Positions 26,655 through 32,000 of a stretch of DNA of 32,000 bases are shown one piece after another; position 1 is the stretch's first letter, and every line of letters begins with the position of its first letter. The notes beneath the pieces are model-generated. The model saw only the letters and a list, made by a program, of their open reading frames with translations, was not told the origin of the DNA and made no database searches. The stretch is from an archaeon (lineage in GTDB: Archaea; Iainarchaeota; Iainarchaeia; Iainarchaeales; 1-14-0-10-31-34), in the NCBI GenBank assembly GCA_024277355.1, contig JAJRVL010000002.1, positions 30,001-62,000 of the forward strand, written 5' to 3'. A program made the position numbers and the translations under genes.

Positions 26655-27518
26655 TTATATTGTTTCTTTTATGGCTTGTTCAGTTGAATATTTTGGAAGC
26701 CAACCTAAATTTCTTATTTTTTCTGTGGAATAATTTCTTTCTCTGATTAATCTGTTAATATATTCTTGTCTTAGCAAAGGATTTCTGCTGAAAAAAGCAT
26801 AAATTTTAGCTAAAAATACTGGAACAACCCGAATTTTTTTTTCTATTCCTAAAGCTTTCTGAATTAAAATATAAATTCCAACTAATTTTTTCCCTTTTTC
26901 TTCTGCTATAATTAAAGTTTCATTTTCTGTTTCTTTGTTGTCTAAACAAAAAATTATTAATGAAATTAAATCCTTGTAATACACAATCTGAAAACTATTG
27001 TTTCCTTTTCCAATTAAAGGAAAACCTTTTTTAACTAAATTAATTATTTGCTTCCAGTATTTGTTTGGCCCTAAAACCAAAGCACTTCTAATAATTGTAA
27101 TTGGAAGTATTTCTTGGAATTCATTTACTTTTTGTTCTGCTTCAGCTTTAGTTTTTTCGTAATTTGTTTTTGGATTAATTGAAGTTAATTCATTTGCTTG
27201 TTTTGTTATGTCTCCCATTACTCCAACTGTACTTAAATAAATAAATTTTTTTATTTTAAATTTAATGCATTTTTCTAATAGTAATTCTGTTCCTTCAACG
27301 TTTACTTCTCTCATTAAATCTAAATTTTCTCTTTCATCTATTACTGCTGCTAAATGAATTACAGTTTCAACTCCTTTTAATGCATTTAAATCTGTTTCTT
27401 TAAGCAAATTAACTCCTTTGCTTAAATCAAATTCAATGACTGTGTGCTTTAATTTCTTTAGTTCTTTAACTAATTCTTTTCCAATAAATCCATCTGAACC
27501 AGTAACTAAAATTTTCAT
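26655..27518 (-). CDS. NAD-dependent epimerase/dehydratase (extended SDR)
   Basis: MKILVTGSDGFIGKELVKEL (GxxGxxG), VIHLAAVIDE, NPKTNYEKTKAEAE, IIRSALVLGPN. Confidence 0.92.
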   Translation of the reverse strand: MKILVTGSDGFIGKELVKELKKLKHTVIEFDLSKGVNLLKETDLNALKGVETVIHLAAVIDERENLDLMREVNVEGTELLLEKCIKFKIKKFIYLSTVGVMGDITKQANELTSINPKTNYEKTKAEAEQKVNEFQEILPITIIRSALVLGPNKYWKQIINLVKKGFPLIGKGNNSFQIVYYKDLISLIIFCLDNKETENETLIIAEEKGKKLVGIYILIQKALGIEKKIRVVPVFLAKIYAFFSRNPLLRQEYINRLIRERNYSTEKIRNLGWLPKYSTEQAIKETI

Positions 27519-27628
27519 TTCAAACCCTTTAAATTAAGTGAAAAGCAGTTATTAATTTTACTGCTTTAATTCTTTATTATTTTGTGTTTTATCTGAATTT
27601 ATATTAATTTTTGTTTCTTATTATATTT

Positions 27629-28690
27629 ATGGAAGAAAAATTAATTGAAATTGACGGCAGAGCCGGAGGACAGTCGTTAAGGACAGCTTTATCTTTATCT
27701 GCTTTATTAAATAAACCAACTTTAGTTTTTAATATTCGTGCCAACAGACCTAAACCAGGTTTAGCTCAACAGCATTTAACTGGATTAAATACTTTAACTA
27801 AAATTTCTAAAGCAAAAACCAAAGGAAATTTCCTTGGATCAAAAAAAATAGTTTTTTTTCCTAAAAAAATAAAAGAAGGAAATTATGCAGTTAACATTGG
27901 AACCGCAGGTTCAATTCCTTTGCTTTTGCAGACTTTAACTTTGCCTTTAACTTTTTCTGAAAAAAAATCTTCTTTCAGAATTTTTGGAGGAACAGATGTT
28001 CCTTTTTCTCCCCCGTTTAATTATTCAAAAGAAGTTTTTTTTCCTTTTCTTTCAAAAATGGGAGCTAAATTTTCTTTAAATTTAAAAAGAAGAGGATACT
28101 ATCCTGAAGGAAACGGTTTAATTGTGTTTTCAAACAATGAATCAAAGCTTCCTTTAAAACCTTTTTATAAAGTTGAACAAGATAAATTAGATTTTATTAA
28201 AATTATTTCTCATTCAACCGGCTACCCAAAAGAAGTTTAATCTAACTTAAATTCTGCTGCAAAAAAAAATTTAAATGAAAAAATTAATGTGCATTTAGAT
28301 GAAGTAATTGAATTTAATGATTCAATTGAATTAAAGGGAGCTGGAATAAATTTAATTGCTGTATTTAAAGACAAAACAAGAATTGGAGTAAATGCGTTGC
28401 AGGAAAAAAACAGAAAACCGGAAAAAACTGCTTTAATTGCAGTTGAAAGATTACTAAAGCAAATTAACTCAAATAAACCAGTTGATGAACATTTATCTGA
28501 TCAATTAATTCCTTTTATGGCTTTAGCTAAAGGTCATTCAACTTTTGAAACATCTTTTTTAACTCAGCATACTTTAAATAATATTCTTGTAACAGAAAAA
28601 TTTCTGGAAGTAAAATTTGAAGTTAAAGGAAAAATAAATGAATCCGCTGAAATTTCAGTTGAAGGAATTGGTTTTAATGGAATTAAATAA
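27629..28690 (+). pseudogene. rtcA: RNA 3'-terminal phosphate cyclase interrupted by in-frame TAA at 28238-28240
   Basis: EIDGRAGGQSLRTALSLSALLNKP, RPGLAQQHLTGL-type motif, YYPEGNG, then HLSDQLIPFMALAKGHSTFETSFLTQHTLNNILV; both halves are in the same frame. Confidence 0.9.
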
Positions 28691-28856
28691 AAAAATAAAA
28701 ATTCTTGTTGTAATTCTTTCATTGCTTTTAATAATTATTTTTTTTCTTGCAATTTTAGGTTTCACTGACATTATTAATTTTTGGATTGCAGTAGTTTTAG
28801 TTGGAGTTTTTGCTTTTTTTGTTTTGCCTAAATTAAATAAAAAGATTAATCATTAA
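28678..28856 (+). CDS. Small membrane protein
   Basis: Hydrophobic ORF MELNKKIKILVVILSLLLIIIFFLAILGFTDIINFWIAVVLVGVFAFFVLPKLNKKINH; the tracked start at 28638 lies inside rtcA, and my boundary is approximate. Confidence 0.5.
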
Positions 28857-29672
28857 TTCAGGGAATGCAAGATTAATTAACACTCCAATAAAAATAAACG
28901 GGCCAAATTTAGGTAAATTCCTGTAAACAAATAATTCTTTTATTCCTGTTTTTTCTAATTCTTTTTTTTCTTTTTCTTCTATTACTCCTTTAAACCCTAA
29001 ATTTAATTGTTTTATTGTTTTTTTGTCAGTAAACTCAAATGCAATTAATTCATCTTCTTCCATGTCTTTAACCTGAATTTTTTTTAAGAAAAAGTTTTTT
29101 TTAATTCCTTTTTCTAATGCAACAAAAACCAGTGAAATGCTTAAAGGAAAAAACAAAACTAAAATTAGTTTTTCTAATCCAGCAGAATAAATCATAAAAA
29201 AATAAAATGCAATTAATATTCCCAACCCTGAAGCTTTTTTTATTCCTTCAGAATTTTCTTTTAAGTCAATTCCTTTTCTTGCATACTTTAAAACATAATA
29301 AGTCCCATAAAAAATCAATGAAGTAATTCCGGCCCAGATTAAAATATTTAAAACAAAAATATTCAAAGGAAAAATTCCGTTTTCAAAAGGCAAAAGTAAA
29401 GCAATTCCTGTGAATAGTTTTACATCCCCTCCTCCAATTTTGCCTAACCAATACATTCCATAACCTAATACAAAAACAAGTATTCCAACTGAAAATAATT
29501 CCATGAATTTTTCAATTGAAATTTCCTGTACAAACTCAAATAAATTCAAGAAAATTCCTATTGCAATCATTGGATAAGTTATTTTATCAAAAATATATCC
29601 TGTTTTAAAATCAGTGTAAGCAGCAATTAAGCTTCCAATTAAAATCACTGCTTGTTTTAACAATAAAATCAT
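28833..29672 (-). CDS. Prepilin/archaellin-type aspartic peptidase (A24, FlaK-like)
   Basis: LIAAYTDFKTGYIFDKITYP and GKIGGGDVKLFTGIALLLPF: the two Asp motifs of the A24 family. Confidence 0.88.
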   Translation of the reverse strand: MILLLKQAVILIGSLIAAYTDFKTGYIFDKITYPMIAIGIFLNLFEFVQEISIEKFMELFSVGILVFVLGYGMYWLGKIGGGDVKLFTGIALLLPFENGIFPLNIFVLNILIWAGITSLIFYGTYYVLKYARKGIDLKENSEGIKKASGLGILIAFYFFMIYSAGLEKLILVLFFPLSISLVFVALEKGIKKNFFLKKIQVKDMEEDELIAFEFTDKKTIKQLNLGFKGVIEEKEKKELEKTGIKELFVYRNLPKFGPFIFIGVLINLAFPELMINLFI

Positions 29673-29721
29673 TTTTTCACCTAAGCAAGTATTATTAAGT
29701 GGTTTAATTTAATAATTCTTT

Positions 29722-29937
29722 ATGCCTATTCAAAGACGCGCAGGAAAAACTGCTTTTAAATCATTAACTAAATGGAATTTGGAGCCTAAAAGCAAAAGAA
29801 ATAACAAAATATTAATTAATCTTTTAACAGGTAAAAAAATAACTAAACAACTTCATTTTATAAATAAAGCAAGAAGGTTTGGTTTAACTGTTTCAGAAGC
29901 AAATGCTTTATGGAAAAAATATTTTTCAGTTAAATAA
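29722..29937 (+). CDS. Small basic hypothetical protein
   Basis: 71 aa MPIQRRAGKTAFKSLTKWNLEPKSKRNNKILINLLTGKKITKQLHFINKARRFG...; possibly nucleic-acid-binding. Confidence 0.55.
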   Translation: MPIQRRAGKTAFKSLTKWNLEPKSKRNNKILINLLTGKKITKQLHFINKARRFGLTVSEANALWKKYFSVK

Positions 29938-29938
29938 A

Positions 29939-30463
29939 TTATTCATAAAATTCTTTGCTTATAATTTTAATTAAAGCCATTAAAACAGCTAATTCAGTAA
30001 AGTCAGTTCTAGTGATTTTTCCTTTAGTTAATTCTCCTACTGCTCCGCCTTTTTTTCCCATGTCTTTTTCTTTGTTAAACAATTTAGCAAAAGCAGTATT
30101 TACATCGTCTTGTCCTTTAATTAATAATTCAACTGCTTTTTCAGGGTATTCAAATAGCGGACTTGAACCATAAAAATAATTTTTGCCGTCAAAAATCACT
30201 GCAATAGTTGATTCAACAAAACCTGAATTAAAAGGAAAACTCATTAACCCTGATTCAATTCCAACAGAATACTTACAGTCAATAAAACTTTTTTTTGCAC
30301 GATTTTTTGCTCCTAAAATTATTTCTTTTAAATTCAATGGCTGTTCTCTTACATTAGAATTAGTTTTAATTCCTTTGACCTTAATTTCTTTAAAGTATTT
30401 GCAGAAAGCTTTTTTTACTGCATTAACTTTAACTGGATTTTCTGAACCAATGTTAACTTTCAT
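29939..30463 (-). CDS. DUF84/YjjX-type inosine/xanthosine triphosphatase
   Basis: MKVNIGSENPVKVNAVKKAF, VREQPLNLKEIILGAKNRAKKSF, CKYSVGIESGL. Confidence 0.9.
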   Translation of the reverse strand: MKVNIGSENPVKVNAVKKAFCKYFKEIKVKGIKTNSNVREQPLNLKEIILGAKNRAKKSFIDCKYSVGIESGLMSFPFNSGFVESTIAVIFDGKNYFYGSSPLFEYPEKAVELLIKGQDDVNTAFAKLFNKEKDMGKKGGAVGELTKGKITRTDFTELAVLMALIKIISKEFYE

Positions 30464-30467
30464 TTAA

Positions 30468-31820
30468 TTACCTGAATTTAATTTTTTTTTGTTTACTAAA
30501 TTTTTTCATTAATTTTTCCATTGCGCCTTTTTTTTGTAATGCTTCAGGGTCATTAAATTTTCTCATCTGCTTAAACATTTTTTTCATTTTTTTGTAGTGT
30601 TTAATTAATTCTCTTACGTCTTCTTCTTTTTTTCCTGAACCTTTTGCTATTCTTATAATTCTTGAATGATTTAATAATTCTGGTTCAAGTTTTTCTTTTT
30701 TTGTCATTGAATCCATTATTACTTTGAATCCATCTAATTTTCCTTCGCCTAATTCCATTTGTTCTTTTGGAATTTGTTTTCCCATTCCCATCATATCCAT
30801 TACTTTGTTTAATGGACCCATTTTTCTTGCAGCTTTTAATTGTTTATAAAATACATCTAAATTAAATTCTTTTTTCATTAATTCTTCTAAATCAATTTCT
30901 TCGTCTTCTGATGCTTCTTTTACTTTTTCTAATAATCCCTGTAAGTCTCCATAACCCATTATTCTGCTTAAATATCTGACTGAATCAAATTCTTCTAAGT
31001 CATTCATTTTTTCTCCTGTCCCAATAAAATAAACAGGAGCTTTAGTCAAAGAACAGGCAATTAATGTTCCTCCTCCTTTAGCTGAACCATCCATTTTTGT
31101 AATTATAACACCTGTTACTCCAACTGATTCATGAAATGCTTTTGCTTGTTTTCCTGCAATCTGTCCGATATCTGCGCCTAACACCAGCAAAGTTAAATCA
31201 GGTTTTAATTCAGAGTTAACTTCTTTTATTTCTTTAATTAATTCTTCATCTAATGCACTTCTTCCTGCTGAATCAACTATAATTAAATCGTAATTCTTGA
31301 ATTTTTCTATTCCTTTTTTGACTACTTTTGCTGCATTTTTTTCGTTTTGAATTCCAAAAAATTCAACGTCAATTTTTTCTGATAATTGTTTTAATTGTTC
31401 AAATGCTGCAGGACGAAAAACATCAGCACAAATTAAGCCGACTTTTTTTCCTCTTTTAGAATAATATTTTGCTAGTTTTCCTGTTGTAGTTGTTTTTCCT
31501 GCTCCAAATAATCCAACCATTAAAATTCGTTTAGGTTCAATTAATTTTGTCTTTTCTCCGCCTAAAGCTTTAGCTAAAATATCATAAGTATTTTTTGTAA
31601 TAAATTCTCTTCTGTTAATTCCTGATGGAAGATCTTTGAATGCTTCTTCTTCAATTTGTTTTGTTAATTTTAATACTAATTCAATTTGTACATCAGATGA
31701 AATTAAAGCTCTTTGAATTTCTTTTGTTACTTCTTTTACTGTATCTTTATCTAATGAACTGGAATTACGTATTTTTTCCATTGCATTTCTTAGTTTTTCG
31801 CCTAAACTCATTTTTCTCAC
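30468..31820 (-). CDS. srp54: Signal recognition particle 54 kDa protein
   Basis: GLFGAGKTTTTGKLAKYY, GLICADVFRPAAFEQL, DTAGR-equivalent DSAGRSALD, GVIITKMDGSAKGGG, C-terminal GMGKQIP M-domain. Confidence 0.96.
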   Translation of the reverse strand: MRKMSLGEKLRNAMEKIRNSSSLDKDTVKEVTKEIQRALISSDVQIELVLKLTKQIEEEAFKDLPSGINRREFITKNTYDILAKALGGEKTKLIEPKRILMVGLFGAGKTTTTGKLAKYYSKRGKKVGLICADVFRPAAFEQLKQLSEKIDVEFFGIQNEKNAAKVVKKGIEKFKNYDLIIVDSAGRSALDEELIKEIKEVNSELKPDLTLLVLGADIGQIAGKQAKAFHESVGVTGVIITKMDGSAKGGGTLIACSLTKAPVYFIGTGEKMNDLEEFDSVRYLSRIMGYGDLQGLLEKVKEASEDEEIDLEELMKKEFNLDVFYKQLKAARKMGPLNKVMDMMGMGKQIPKEQMELGEGKLDGFKVIMDSMTKKEKLEPELLNHSRIIRIAKGSGKKEEDVRELIKHYKKMKKMFKQMRKFNDPEALQKKGAMEKLMKKFSKQKKIKFR

Positions 31821-31863
31821 TTAAAATAGAATTCTGTTAAGAAAATTAATTAAAATAAGGCTT

Positions 31864-32000
31864 TTATTTGATTATTCTTTCTGTAATAAACTGAGGAGTA
31901 AATTCAATTAAATCTTTATATCCTTGGCCTGTTCCAACAAATAAAACTGGTTTTTTTATTCCATTAATTAAAGAAATAGCAGTTCCGCCTTTTGCGTCAG
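31864..32000 (-). CDS. ftsY: SRP receptor FtsY, C-terminal end (truncated by window)
   Basis: Minus-strand reading ends PVLFVGTGQGYKDLIEFTPQFITERIIK*, typical SRP GTPase C-terminus, adjacent to srp54. Confidence 0.85.
   Translation of the reverse strand, partial: DAKGGTAISLINGIKKPVLFVGTGQGYKDLIEFTPQFITERIIK

Noticed and set aside
26453-26746. Plus-strand ORF of 97 aa rich in Phe and Leu
   Set aside because: Translation of T-tract intergenic DNA overlapping both neighbouring genes.
14766-28690. Global reassignment of TGA (code 25-like, Gly) or TAA
   Set aside because: TGA, TAA and TAG all terminate otherwise normal genes in this window; only isolated internal stops are seen, and they involve two different codons.
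1-32000. CRISPR array, rRNA, transposase or integrase
   Set aside because: I saw no regularly spaced repeats, no rRNA-like blocks and no transposase-like ORF; tRNAs were not evident by eye, though a tRNA scan should confirm.

Overview
This 32 kb, AT-rich window is from an archaeal chromosome. Markers are the A-type ATP synthase A/B/D subunits, RadA, a multi-OB-fold RPA-like protein, geranylgeranylglyceryl phosphate synthase, RtcA, an archaeal-type prepilin peptidase, SRP54 and the C-terminus of FtsY. Small gene sizes and Lys-rich sequence suggest a DPANN-like lineage (inference). Housekeeping blocks lie at about 1-6.3 kb and 25-32 kb. Between them, about 6.4-23.8 kb is a dense thiol/metal island: two DsbA-like proteins, a copper P-type ATPase with DUF302 and DUF5676-like neighbours, a PadR-type regulator fused to a TRASH-like Cys domain, a stand-alone CuA-type cupredoxin lipoprotein, Cys-motif membrane proteins, a rhodanese lipoprotein, a NicO-like transporter, CcdA, three DUF1573 proteins, a Met/His-rich secreted protein, and a BlaI/BlaR1-like pair. 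Next to that pair is an unusual trio: two exported proteins with an identical C-terminal PDMVGGC and a membrane-anchored protein with three CxxC motifs. I found matching BlaI-type operators (TTTACA-N5-TGTAAA), a perfect 17-bp inverted repeat beside the PadR-TRASH gene, and an untracked 7-codon ORF (MRGPGCC) with a strong Shine-Dalgarno in a structured leader upstream of the copper-ATPase operon. Four conserved genes look interrupted: NicO by TGA, the CxxC protein by TAA, rtcA by TAA, and copA, whose YHS motif lies upstream of its first ATG in a frame without a canonical start.
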